From Anaerolineae bacterium (GTDB lineage Bacteria > Chloroflexota > Anaerolineae > CAZYHC01): 64,000 nt of DNA. A program made the position numbers and the translations under genes. The DNA is taken from NCBI GenBank assembly GCA_034417895.1, contig DAOULT010000061.1, positions 22,379 through 86,378 of the forward strand. The letters are read 5' to 3'. This document shows, piece after piece, positions 55,564 through 64,000 of this stretch (position 1 is its first letter; each line of letters begins with the position of its first letter). Under the pieces are notes generated by a model, which was not told the DNA's origin, did not search any database, and worked only from the letters and a program-made list of their open reading frames with translations.

Positions 55564-57429
55564 TTAAGAACCGCTGGCCGGGGGAAGCAGCCTGAGACGC
55601 GCTTCTTCACTCATGCCTTTCAGAATGTATAGATTGTAGCCCTCTCCTTCATAGCAATGTACCAACTGGGCGTTGACCAGGTTAGCCAGGTCTACCCGTC
55701 GACCGTCGTTGACCCTGACCTGGAAGTGCAGAGGATGCCCCTCGAAGCGGACGGTGATCTCGTCCGGCTGGCTGAAATCGTAGGTGGCTTTGGTCGGCAT
55801 GTAATCCTGCAACTCCCAATAAGCCTCCTCAGTGGTCATGTAACGCAGCCAGGGGTAGTGCTCCTCGACGAAGGATAACAGGGCCTCAAGCCCGTAGTAC
55901 ATCCCGTTCTTTTCCCCGCTGTGATCGCCCCGCCAGGGAAGCTCGTGGGGGTTGCGGGTTTCAGCCGGGTCGTCGTAGGGGTAGTTGGTGGGCGTGTTTA
56001 TCACGTCATCCGGGTGGATGAAGTGGGTCCAGACCCCGAAGGTGCCCATCTCGGACAGGAGCACGATCTTGGTCGCGCCGTCGGCAGCGTAGCCATCAGT
56101 CCAGCGCGGGATGGCGTAAAAGGCTTCGTTCCAGGGCTCCGGCCCGAACTCACGGTCGCCCCCTTCGTTAAAATCGCCGAAGGCCATGCCCCCTATGACC
56201 TTTATGGAAGGAAACGCTTCGTGCAGGGCCTCCAGACCGGCTGCGTCGTACAGGTTGTTGGGGGCGATGTAGGAGAAGGGCAGAGGGCCAAAACCATCGT
56301 AAGGCCAGCGTTCCAGCGCCTGGTTCAGAGAGTCCACCATGTTTTCGGGGCCGTCGATGCGCCACCAATCCAGGCGCAGGGATTGATGGTTGTAGCCGTG
56401 CAGGGCCATCTCGTGACCCTGGGCGCACAACTGAGAGATGTAAGGACAGAAGGGAACGATCTGGTCATTAATCTCCACCCTGGAATCCACCCACTCGGCG
56501 AAGTCCCAGGGAGGCAGGATTTTGCCGTTGTAGTTGAAGGGGATGATCCAGGTGTACTTCAGGTCGTATTTGCCTGCCAGGCGCATCATATCCGGGTACC
56601 ACACCTGGCGGTAGAATTCGGCCATGCTCAGGTCGAACTCGGACTTGATGGGCTCCAGCCTGGCGTTGGAGGACGGGGCGGGAAAATCGTCCACGTGGAA
56701 GGTGGCAAAGTTCGCCAATGAGGAGGCCGCCACCTTGGGCACGCTCAACACGGACTGCACGATGAACCCTCTGAACTCTTTGACCGACAGCCAGTCGCTA
56801 TTCCAGTAGATGACCCGGCCCTTGCCATAGGTATTTTGCCAGGCTATGGGCTTACCCCCCGCGGTTTCAATCAGCACCTTGACGCCGTCCAGGAGGATAA
56901 CGTCGAAGGCGCTCCAGTCAGCAATAAAGGCTTCCTTCAGTTCCAGACCTTGCTGGCCGGGGAAAAGATCGCCCTGGAAACGGGCGCTGTCTGCCATCAT
57001 CGCGAACGCAGGTTCGCGCGGGTTGTAGATGCCAAACACCTCGTGCAAAACCCGGTTCCAGCCCCGGTAGAGCACCGCCAATCCCCCACCGTTCTTCACG
57101 AACTCCTTGATCTGCAATACCTCCGGCCCGAGAAGGTCGTAGATGTTCTCTGTGATTATGACCAGGGCGGCGTAGTCCTCCAGGTTGCCCAGGTCGGTGG
57201 TTTTGGAAAGGTCCACAAGGTCGTAGGCGATCTTGGCGTGGTCCAGGGCCGGCTCCATCTGTTCGTAGACCCTTTCACTGCCCTCCCCGCTGCTGTCGTG
57301 GAGGACCAGAAACTTCTGATTAGTCCCACCGGTCTGAGCCGACTGGGACTGAACGGAGATTATCTGAGAGCCAGCCACCATTAATAATACGATCAACACG
57401 AAAATGCAAAGGATTTTTTTCACGTTCAT
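55564..57429 (-). CDS. DUF2194-like protein: an N-terminal GATase1-like (ThuA-like) region plus a polysaccharide-deacetylase-like region (paralog 1)
   Basis: It has a signal/anchor sequence and the motifs GGGLAVLYRGWN, GRVIYWNSDWL and HGYNHQSL. It is paralogous to the adjacent gene. The family name is from memory and uncertain. Confidence 0.6.
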   Translation of the reverse strand: MNVKKILCIFVLIVLLMVAGSQIISVQSQSAQTGGTNQKFLVLHDSSGEGSERVYEQMEPALDHAKIAYDLVDLSKTTDLGNLEDYAALVIITENIYDLLGPEVLQIKEFVKNGGGLAVLYRGWNRVLHEVFGIYNPREPAFAMMADSARFQGDLFPGQQGLELKEAFIADWSAFDVILLDGVKVLIETAGGKPIAWQNTYGKGRVIYWNSDWLSVKEFRGFIVQSVLSVPKVAASSLANFATFHVDDFPAPSSNARLEPIKSEFDLSMAEFYRQVWYPDMMRLAGKYDLKYTWIIPFNYNGKILPPWDFAEWVDSRVEINDQIVPFCPYISQLCAQGHEMALHGYNHQSLRLDWWRIDGPENMVDSLNQALERWPYDGFGPLPFSYIAPNNLYDAAGLEALHEAFPSIKVIGGMAFGDFNEGGDREFGPEPWNEAFYAIPRWTDGYAADGATKIVLLSEMGTFGVWTHFIHPDDVINTPTNYPYDDPAETRNPHELPWRGDHSGEKNGMYYGLEALLSFVEEHYPWLRYMTTEEAYWELQDYMPTKATYDFSQPDEITVRFEGHPLHFQVRVNDGRRVDLANLVNAQLVHCYEGEGYNLYILKGMSEEARLRLLPPASGS

Positions 57430-57510
57430 TCTCCTCCCAGGGGCCTGGCACTTCCAAAGGGCCAGTCACCTGAGTCAAATAGACGCGCCTTCTTCCATCA
57501 TGGGTTAAAC

Positions 57511-59400
57511 TTAAAGCTCGATAGAGGGGAGTAACACCTCGAAGCTTAGCTCCTGGCCCAAGGCCCGGATGATGTAAAGGTTGTAATCGTCCCCGTTGTA
57601 AAAGTACAAGAGTTGAGCGGATTTGACGGTGGAGATATCCAGGCGTCGATCATCGTTGAACCTGATCAGAATGCAACTGGGAGCGCCAGAGAAGGCAACG
57701 GTCATCCTGTAGGGTTTGCTGACACTGTAAATCACCTCGCCGCCGGACAGCAGGTAGGTTCCCAGACGTTGGTAAGCTCCCTCGGTGGTCATGTGGTCTA
57801 ACCAGGGATAATTGTCGTGGACGAAGGTTAGCAGAGCCTCGAACCTGTCGCCCAGCCCGTCGTTTGGATCGTCCTCGTCGCCTCGCCAGGGCAGGGTCGG
57901 CGGGCCGAGAAGGTCATCAGGACGGAGGGAATGGGTCCAGACGCCAAACAGGCCCAGTTCCGAGAGGATACGCAGCCGGGTGGGGCCGTCGAGCACGTAT
58001 CCTTCGCTCCAGCCTGGCAGGTCAAATAAAGCCTCGTTCCAGGGCTCCGGGCCGAATTCCCGGTCTCCGCCCTGGTCAAAAGAGCCAAAGCCTGTCCCGG
58101 CCACCACTTTCATGGATGGGAAGACCTGAAGCAGAGCTTGCAGACCAGTCTCGTCGTAGGCGTCGCCGGGAGGAATGTAGCTGACGGGCAGGCTCCCCAG
58201 ACTATCCGTCTTCCAGCGCTGCCTGGCTGCTTCCAGGGCGGCCACCATGTTGTTGACCTCTCCCCACTGCTCCTGGCGAAGAGGCTGGTAGTTGTAACCG
58301 GCCAGGGCCATTTCGTCCCTTCTCTGGGAGGCCAGGCGGGAGATATAGGGGCTAAAGGGCACCATCTGAGCATTGAGTTCTATTTCAGGTTTCATCCAGT
58401 CGGAGAAGTCGTCAAAAGGGGACGTGATCCGCTCGTTGGAGTTGAAGGCCACCGCCCAGGTGTAATGTATGTTGTGTCTTTTGCTCAGCGCGACCATATC
58501 CGGGTACCAGACCTGGTTGTAGAACTCGGCAGGGCTTAGATCGTATTCGCGGGCCACAGGCTCTATTTTCTGCCCGGCGGCAGGGGGCGGAAAACCTTCG
58601 ATCTGGAAAGTAGCCACGTTAGCCAGGGAAGCCACGGCCACTTCCTGGACGCTCAACACCGATTGCACGATGAAGCCCCTGAAGACCTTGTTAGCCAGCC
58701 AGTCGGTGTTCCAGAAAAGAACCCGGCCCTTGCCGTATTTGCGCTCCCAGACGAGTGGCCGGGCCTGGTTATCAGTCGAAACGGCCACGACCTGCGCTTC
58801 TCCTTCTTTGAGCGAGATAGGAGCCAGGCTGCTGAACTCGCCCAACTCGCCTTCTTCCAGTTCCAGACCCTTCACGCCGGGGAAAAGGTCCCTCTCAAAA
58901 CGCACCCCCGCCGCGCTCTGGACGACCTGCGGTTCGCCGGCATTGAGGATGCCCATAGTCTCTTGTAAGAAACCGTTCCAGGCCCGATAGAGCACGGCCA
59001 ACCCGCCGCCCTTTTCCACGTATCTCTGAATATCAAGGCTCTCCTGTTCGGCCAGGTGCCTGATATTCTCTGTGACGAAAAGGAGGCCGGTATATTCTTG
59101 CAGGCAGGTATCTTCCTGGCGTTGCTCTGGCTGGCAGAACACCCTGGTCTCGCTCAGATCCAGCGGATCGTAGGTCAGCCTGGCATAGTCCAGAGCCTTG
59201 AGCGTTTGCCTGTAAACCTGCTCACCACCCTGGTCGGAGCTATCGTGGACGATGAGCACCTTCTGTGGGGGGCCGCCGGTATAGACAAATTCCGGCTGGA
59301 AGACCACCTTCGTGGCTACGACGTAGAAGCCCGCGGCCCCTAGCAAGACGAGAACCAATATGGAAAAGATTGTCAGAACTATTTTGATCATGGCACTCAC
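57511..59400 (-). CDS. DUF2194-like protein (paralog 2)
   Basis: It shares GGGLAVLYRAWN, GRVLFWNTDWL and the overall layout with 55564..57429. Confidence 0.6.
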   Translation of the reverse strand: MSAMIKIVLTIFSILVLVLLGAAGFYVVATKVVFQPEFVYTGGPPQKVLIVHDSSDQGGEQVYRQTLKALDYARLTYDPLDLSETRVFCQPEQRQEDTCLQEYTGLLFVTENIRHLAEQESLDIQRYVEKGGGLAVLYRAWNGFLQETMGILNAGEPQVVQSAAGVRFERDLFPGVKGLELEEGELGEFSSLAPISLKEGEAQVVAVSTDNQARPLVWERKYGKGRVLFWNTDWLANKVFRGFIVQSVLSVQEVAVASLANVATFQIEGFPPPAAGQKIEPVAREYDLSPAEFYNQVWYPDMVALSKRHNIHYTWAVAFNSNERITSPFDDFSDWMKPEIELNAQMVPFSPYISRLASQRRDEMALAGYNYQPLRQEQWGEVNNMVAALEAARQRWKTDSLGSLPVSYIPPGDAYDETGLQALLQVFPSMKVVAGTGFGSFDQGGDREFGPEPWNEALFDLPGWSEGYVLDGPTRLRILSELGLFGVWTHSLRPDDLLGPPTLPWRGDEDDPNDGLGDRFEALLTFVHDNYPWLDHMTTEGAYQRLGTYLLSGGEVIYSVSKPYRMTVAFSGAPSCILIRFNDDRRLDISTVKSAQLLYFYNGDDYNLYIIRALGQELSFEVLLPSIEL

Positions 59401-59430
59401 CTGTCGCCATTCCTTGACTGATGGGGAAAA

Positions 59431-61467
59431 TCACGCACTGCTGGCCTCTTCCTTTTCAGGCTCAGGATGATAGATGTGGTAAACTACGACGCGCCCGTCT
59501 TCATAATAGACGGTTATGCTGGCTTCACTGGCGGTGTTCTCGTTTAATTGCTGGTAGCGCCTGCACCAGGCCCATAAATCCTGTCCGATCTTATCCCTCA
59601 AGGCCACCGTTTTGGCCGTAGCCGGGGCGGCAAAGACCTGTTTCTCGACGAAGATGAAAACGTGATCGGTGGGAATCCCCAACTCGGGTTTTTTGAGGTC
59701 ACGGCGGTAGGTATCGGGCGAGAAGTTTTGCAGGAAGTATTCGCTGTTCATATACCAGCCACTATCCAGAATCTGGGGCAGGTCCTCGGCTGAAGAAACC
59801 ACCGTCCATTTATAGGCCAGATAATCGCTCTTGATAGAGTACAGCACCTTGACGAAGGCGTCGTATTGTCCCAGAGGCGGCCCGGCGATGAACAGAGAGG
59901 GACTCAGGACAAGCATGGCGATCAAGACCAGCACCGTCAGCCCCAGACCAATCGCCGAGAAGGGCGGAGATGAACCTGCCAGGGATGCAGGCGTCGGGCG
60001 CAATCTCCGGCCCAGGGCGTTTACCCAGGAAACCACCTGAGTCAACTCCAGGCCCAGGACAACGCACACCAGAGGCGAAAGGATAGCTCCCCAGGCCACC
60101 GGCGAGAACAATTCGGGCAGCCCGAAACGCACCGCCTCCAGGGGCAGCGCCAAAAGCAACAGGCAGAAGCCGAACAAAATCCGGCCCGCCCGGGCTGGTC
60201 GGTCGTCCTCTCCCCGAGGCAAGACCAGCAAAGGCAAGGCCAGCAAAGCCAGGTAATAGAGGGTTGTGCTTCCCATGTATTGCTGGAGAGCGAACTCCTT
60301 TTCCGTGAAAAGGCTCCCCAGGAAGCGCCTGGTTATGTCGAGGGGGCCATTGTGCCACCACAGGCCGGCCAGGAGGCCGATGGAATAGAAAATGTTCCCC
60401 ACCACCACGGCGGTCAGAGAAGCCAGGAAAAGGCGTCTCGGATTTCCTATCCGCCAAAATCTGGCGAATAGAGCAGCGGGAAAGCCCGCCACCAGGGCCG
60501 CCAGAGCCACGAAACCCACCAGCGGATGGATCAGAAATACGGAGGCCAACCCCTGAAAGAAGAGAAGCAGCGAGGCGTTCTTTCCTTCGGCCAGGTAATC
60601 GGCCAGGAAGCCAATGGTTACAGGCAGAAGGGCGATAGCCAGCTCCAGGGGGATGATCCGACCCGGGCTTAAAGGATAGATAAGCAGCCACCCGGCAAAA
60701 GAGAAAATACTGTACAGAGCAGCGACGAGAACGGCTGGCCCCCGGTTTTTGGTGAAGCGCCGCACGGTCGCATAGATGACCGCCGCCACCAAAACACCGA
60801 TCAGTCCCTCCGTGGCTCTCAGGAGCAGTCCCTCGTCCACCATAGCAAACTGGTTCAAAGCGCTCAACAGGGCGTAAGAGCCGTAAGGATAGAGACCGCC
60901 GCTGTAAACCTCGTCCCGGCCCAGACCCTTGAGCCAGTCCAGGTGGAGATACAAAGAAGGCGTCGGAGCGGCGTTGGTGAGGGGTTCGTAAAGACGCAGA
61001 TAAGCCCCGCACCCCAGCACCCAAAGCAGCACCAGAAACCAGAGCACCTGTCCTGCGGTCGGGAGCCGCTCAGGGAGGCTCTCTCTAAAAGCTTTTTTCC
61101 GCTGTTGGTACACTGCTCTTAAATCGCTCCGTCCTTCCAGAAAATCCATCGAGGTGAGCATCGCGCCTGTAGCCGCATTTTTCAGCTCTGTCAGAGACCC
61201 GCCCTCCGCTCGCAAAAACGGCAAGCCGAAGTAGAGTAAAACGTAGCTGCCCACCAGGGAAAAGAAATCGTAAAGGCCCATAAAAGCCAGGACGTGGACG
61301 ATGATGATGGTGGCGAACGTCATGCGCACCACATCTTCCCCCCAGTGTCGCTCCCCATCCTCCGGGGCAGTAGCAAATAGCTGCCTGGGAACAAGAACGA
61401 AGAGCACCACAAACCAAAAGATGACTCTGATAGCCGAGACCACCAGCCCAAGTTCGTATTTTCCCAT
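59431..61467 (-). CDS. Large polytopic integral membrane protein, hypothetical (possibly polysaccharide-related)
   Basis: It has more than 12 transmembrane helices. No family is recognised. Confidence 0.55.
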   Translation of the reverse strand: MGKYELGLVVSAIRVIFWFVVLFVLVPRQLFATAPEDGERHWGEDVVRMTFATIIIVHVLAFMGLYDFFSLVGSYVLLYFGLPFLRAEGGSLTELKNAATGAMLTSMDFLEGRSDLRAVYQQRKKAFRESLPERLPTAGQVLWFLVLLWVLGCGAYLRLYEPLTNAAPTPSLYLHLDWLKGLGRDEVYSGGLYPYGSYALLSALNQFAMVDEGLLLRATEGLIGVLVAAVIYATVRRFTKNRGPAVLVAALYSIFSFAGWLLIYPLSPGRIIPLELAIALLPVTIGFLADYLAEGKNASLLLFFQGLASVFLIHPLVGFVALAALVAGFPAALFARFWRIGNPRRLFLASLTAVVVGNIFYSIGLLAGLWWHNGPLDITRRFLGSLFTEKEFALQQYMGSTTLYYLALLALPLLVLPRGEDDRPARAGRILFGFCLLLLALPLEAVRFGLPELFSPVAWGAILSPLVCVVLGLELTQVVSWVNALGRRLRPTPASLAGSSPPFSAIGLGLTVLVLIAMLVLSPSLFIAGPPLGQYDAFVKVLYSIKSDYLAYKWTVVSSAEDLPQILDSGWYMNSEYFLQNFSPDTYRRDLKKPELGIPTDHVFIFVEKQVFAAPATAKTVALRDKIGQDLWAWCRRYQQLNENTASEASITVYYEDGRVVVYHIYHPEPEKEEASSA

Positions 61468-61508
61468 AATTACCTCGGTTGTTATAGCCAGTAAGTATCT
61501 GCCCTCGC

Positions 61509-63152
61509 TTAATAGGCCGAATAGTAATAATAATCCAACGAATTCAGCACGCGTATAAGATACCAGGTCGAAACGGCCCCAAAGACGAAAGCTCCAACAA
61601 CCAGACCAATAATGCTATACTCGTAGCTGATCACCCGGCTGAGGAAGAACCCCACTATTATGTTAACGAGGCAGGCCAGCCCCAGAGCGCGCAGGATCAA
61701 ACCAGGCCGGGAGAGGGACAGGAAGAAAACGGCGTTCAGAAGCCCCCAGGCCAGGAGAGCGTACCCCACCATCCCCCAATTGAAGACGAAGGGCGTTATT
61801 CTGTCATCGCCCACAGAGACGTCAGGTAATGTTCTGAGCCAGTTTACCACCATGTGAGTGAAGAAGATGCTGACCACGGCCACGATCAGCAGCAGGATCA
61901 GTTGCCTGAAGTAAAAAGCCTTGAAGGTCCTGTTGTGTTCCGGTACGTCCAGCATGGCGTCGAGTTTTTCCTGAGTGGGAATGATCGTGGTGGCGAACTC
62001 GTTGATGGTGTACTCCAGCATGGCGATGGTCAGGATCAGAGAGATGAGAGCCAGGTCGATGCCCACCTCGTAGGGGGTTCTGAACCAGATGATGTAGGGC
62101 GACTTCCACCCGCCATAAGAAGCCGACCAGCCAATCAGCCGATCCAAAAAGAGGAATCCGAAGTAAAATATGCCGTATACAAAATAGGGACTCACCAGAT
62201 AAGCAGTGATGGAGTCGCGGGGCAACTGGGCCAGCTTTTGGGCGCCGGCCACATCTTTGGACTTACGGGCCAGCACCTGATAACCCCACAAAAAGGCCAG
62301 GATGTTGGCCGCCAGCATCCCAAACAGGTGGGCGATGTAGATGCCCCAGGGAGTGAAGTTCATCACCACCCAGACCAGAAGCCCACCGAGCACAGTAGCG
62401 ATCAGAATCGCCAGCCACGATTCCAGGGTATAGAGGATGGAAGCGTTCAACCACAGACAGGACAGGAGCACAAAATACATCAGGCAGACGATGATCATGT
62501 CCTGCTCGAAGAAGGGCACGATCAGGTTGAAGATGTACCACAGCACGGCCACCACCACCACCAGGATCAGCCCCACCGTAAAGAAGCGATAGCAAATGCG
62601 TTTGGCTAACAGGTAACTGTCCTGTTTCCAATAGAACATGCCCCGGCGGCTGATGATCTGGGTGAACCCGCCGGTCACGATGTAACTGGCGATGGTGCCG
62701 ATGGCAATAACGGTGGCCTGGCGCTCGCTGAAGAAAAGGTAAGCCCATAGCGAAGAACTGAGCAGGAAGAGCACAATGATCTGGGCTGTCATGGGCATGG
62801 CAAACAGGCTGCCTTTGGCGTACATCAAGATGAAACGCCCTATGCGGCGGAGGGGGTTCAGCCTCTTGACTTCCCGCGGCCCGGCCTGCTGGCCTTTAAC
62901 CCGCTGGTGGAGCCTGACGTACAATTCCTCGGCCAGCTCGAACAGGTTTTCTTCGCCAAAGTCCGCTTGAGCGTCGATGGGGCGTAATCCCCTGCTTTCC
63001 AGGGTGGCGGCCACCGCCCGGGTATCCACCGGCATACCGCAGGTTTCCAGGATGAAGTCCTCCAGTTCCCTTTTGCGCCTCTCGATGGCATCGGCGGACG
63101 GTTGTTCCAGACCCATCTGGCTTATCGCTCCTTCAGCAATGCTCATCTTCAT
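61509..63152 (-). CDS. Polytopic membrane protein with a 120-aa N-terminal cytoplasmic region, hypothetical
   Basis: It has about 10 transmembrane helices. No family is recognised. Confidence 0.55.
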   Translation of the reverse strand: MKMSIAEGAISQMGLEQPSADAIERRKRELEDFILETCGMPVDTRAVAATLESRGLRPIDAQADFGEENLFELAEELYVRLHQRVKGQQAGPREVKRLNPLRRIGRFILMYAKGSLFAMPMTAQIIVLFLLSSSLWAYLFFSERQATVIAIGTIASYIVTGGFTQIISRRGMFYWKQDSYLLAKRICYRFFTVGLILVVVVAVLWYIFNLIVPFFEQDMIIVCLMYFVLLSCLWLNASILYTLESWLAILIATVLGGLLVWVVMNFTPWGIYIAHLFGMLAANILAFLWGYQVLARKSKDVAGAQKLAQLPRDSITAYLVSPYFVYGIFYFGFLFLDRLIGWSASYGGWKSPYIIWFRTPYEVGIDLALISLILTIAMLEYTINEFATTIIPTQEKLDAMLDVPEHNRTFKAFYFRQLILLLIVAVVSIFFTHMVVNWLRTLPDVSVGDDRITPFVFNWGMVGYALLAWGLLNAVFFLSLSRPGLILRALGLACLVNIIVGFFLSRVISYEYSIIGLVVGAFVFGAVSTWYLIRVLNSLDYYYYSAY

Positions 63153-63331
63153 TTTCCTCTTTCTGTCATAAGTGCCAGGCGCATGGCGCGCCGGTCATAA
63201 TAACGTTCGCCACAGTTGTTGCAAACGAGAACCTCGACCGGAATCAAAATCACGTCGTTGCCCATCCAGAAGGATTCGTTAACTGCTTTTTTTCCAATCT
63301 CAGGACCGTGACACACGACACACTTCATCAT
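63149..63331 (-). CDS. YgiT-type (MqsA-N-like) zinc-finger protein
   Basis: AGGAGAAG precedes the start ATG at 63331 (written ATGATG in the sequence). MMKCVVCHG ... CNNCGE has two CxxC pairs. Confidence 0.5.
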   Translation of the reverse strand: MMKCVVCHGPEIGKKAVNESFWMGNDVILIPVEVLVCNNCGERYYDRRAMRLALMTERGK

Positions 63332-63423
63332 CTTCTCCTGCCAGCTCACCCTCTTGACGAAATGGGTCTTTGGCAGTATACTTTTTATATCAGCACCCTT
63401 CACCCAAAGCGAGGTGACAATCC

Positions 63424-63837
63424 ATGAAAAGACAAACACTCAGGGCTCTGCCCATCGAAGAAGAAGCGCTGGGCCAGGAGCCCGTCATCCTGGAACGAGA
63501 CGGGCAAGCAGTAGCAGCCATCATCCCTATCGCCGACTACGAAGCCTTCTGCGTCTGGCGCGAGAGCCAGGAACGTGAACGCCACTGGCGCGAGAACCAG
63601 GAAGCCTTCGAGCGTGAGCGCCGGGCTTACGACCGTCTGGAAAAGAGTCTGTTGGAAAAGTACAAAGGGCTTTACGTTGCCATCCGGGACGGCCAGGTCG
63701 TTGACAGCGATGCGGATGAGATGACCCTTGTACAGCGAGTCTACGAGCGATTCGGCTATGGACCAATGTACGTCCGCCAGGTCGGTGCTCCTTTGCCTGC
63801 GCGCCGTATATTCTCACCGAAAGTCGTCCGTCAATGA
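63424..63837 (+). CDS. Phd/YefM-like N-terminal region fused to a DUF5678-like C-terminal domain
   Basis: The N-terminus (PVILERDGQAVAAIIPIADYEAF) is antitoxin-like. The C-terminus is GLYVAIRDGQVVDSDADEMTLVQRVYERFGYGPMYVRQV. Confidence 0.5.
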   Translation: MKRQTLRALPIEEEALGQEPVILERDGQAVAAIIPIADYEAFCVWRESQERERHWRENQEAFERERRAYDRLEKSLLEKYKGLYVAIRDGQVVDSDADEMTLVQRVYERFGYGPMYVRQVGAPLPARRIFSPKVVRQ

Positions 63838-64000
63838 TACCTTACAATCAAACTTTCGAGCCACCGGCTCCTCTGCTCAACATCACCATCTTTGCCCCAA
63901 CAAATACCCACATAAGGGCAAATGTCCAGGCTCTATTGGATACGGGAGCAGAGATATCCGTCATTCCAGATGTTATCATCCGTCATCTGGCTCTGACTCC
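63834..64000 (+). CDS. Retropepsin-like (clan AA) aspartyl protease, 5' part only (continues beyond the window)
   Basis: The ATGA overlap with the previous stop places the start at 63834. It has the catalytic motif LLDTGAEISVIP. Confidence 0.5.
   Translation, partial: MIPYNQTFEPPAPLLNITIFAPTNTHIRANVQALLDTGAEISVIPDVIIRHLALT

Noticed and set aside
1-64000. Search for tRNA, rRNA, CRISPR arrays, transposases and integrases
   Set aside because: There are no cloverleaf-like GTTCGAAT-type motifs in the intergenic regions. There are no direct-repeat/spacer arrays. There are no DDE, tyrosine-recombinase or serine-recombinase signatures in any ORF. None are reported.

Overview
This is a roughly 64 kb, high-GC (about 60%) bacterial window that is dense in genes. 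It has lower-GC AT-rich islands at about 1..1900 and about 15040..15800. The gene content points to a Chloroflexota-like organism: a CSLREA-type beta-helix protein, several DUF11 surface-repeat proteins and monoderm-style signal peptides. This placement is an inference.

Housekeeping and metabolic genes are ybeY, a 7TMR-HD (PgpH-like) hydrolase, rpsU-yqeY, sppA, dtd, a DapA-family lyase, a four-subunit 2-oxoacid:ferredoxin oxidoreductase cluster (gamma-delta-alpha-beta), a sugar ABC transporter (binding protein plus two permeases), a FAD oxidoreductase, and a GAF histidine kinase with a CheY-like receiver.

Accessory content:
- A divergent pair of P-loop NTPases, one of them a NACHT-HEAT-FGE/SUMF1 fusion (NLR-like STAND candidate).
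- A very large secreted cluster: an M4 thermolysin-like protease with DUF11 repeats, a 2000-aa alpha-2-macroglobulin and a CSLREA beta-helix DUF11 protein, plus a small DUF11 paralog.
- Toxin-antitoxin-like small genes: a DUF433/DUF5615 pair, two DUF2283 genes, a BrnA-like gene, a HicB-like remnant, a fused MNT-HEPN gene and a YgiT zinc-finger gene.
- Two paralogous GT-C membrane glycosyltransferase-like proteins that share a C-terminal LYW repeat domain.
- A tandem pair of DUF2194-like secreted proteins next to polytopic membrane proteins.

Repeated non-coding signals:
- A conserved promoter cassette of about 80 bp occurs four times. It has four (A/T)n-ACC boxes phased at 11 bp and an extended -10 GTGGTATAAT.
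- A conserved terminator-containing element of about 55 nt lies 3' of three DUF11 genes.
- There are several consensus sigma70-like promoters and intrinsic terminators.

No rRNA, tRNA, CRISPR array, transposase or integrase was recognised. Coordinates of hand-found promoters and terminators may be off by 1-2 nt.
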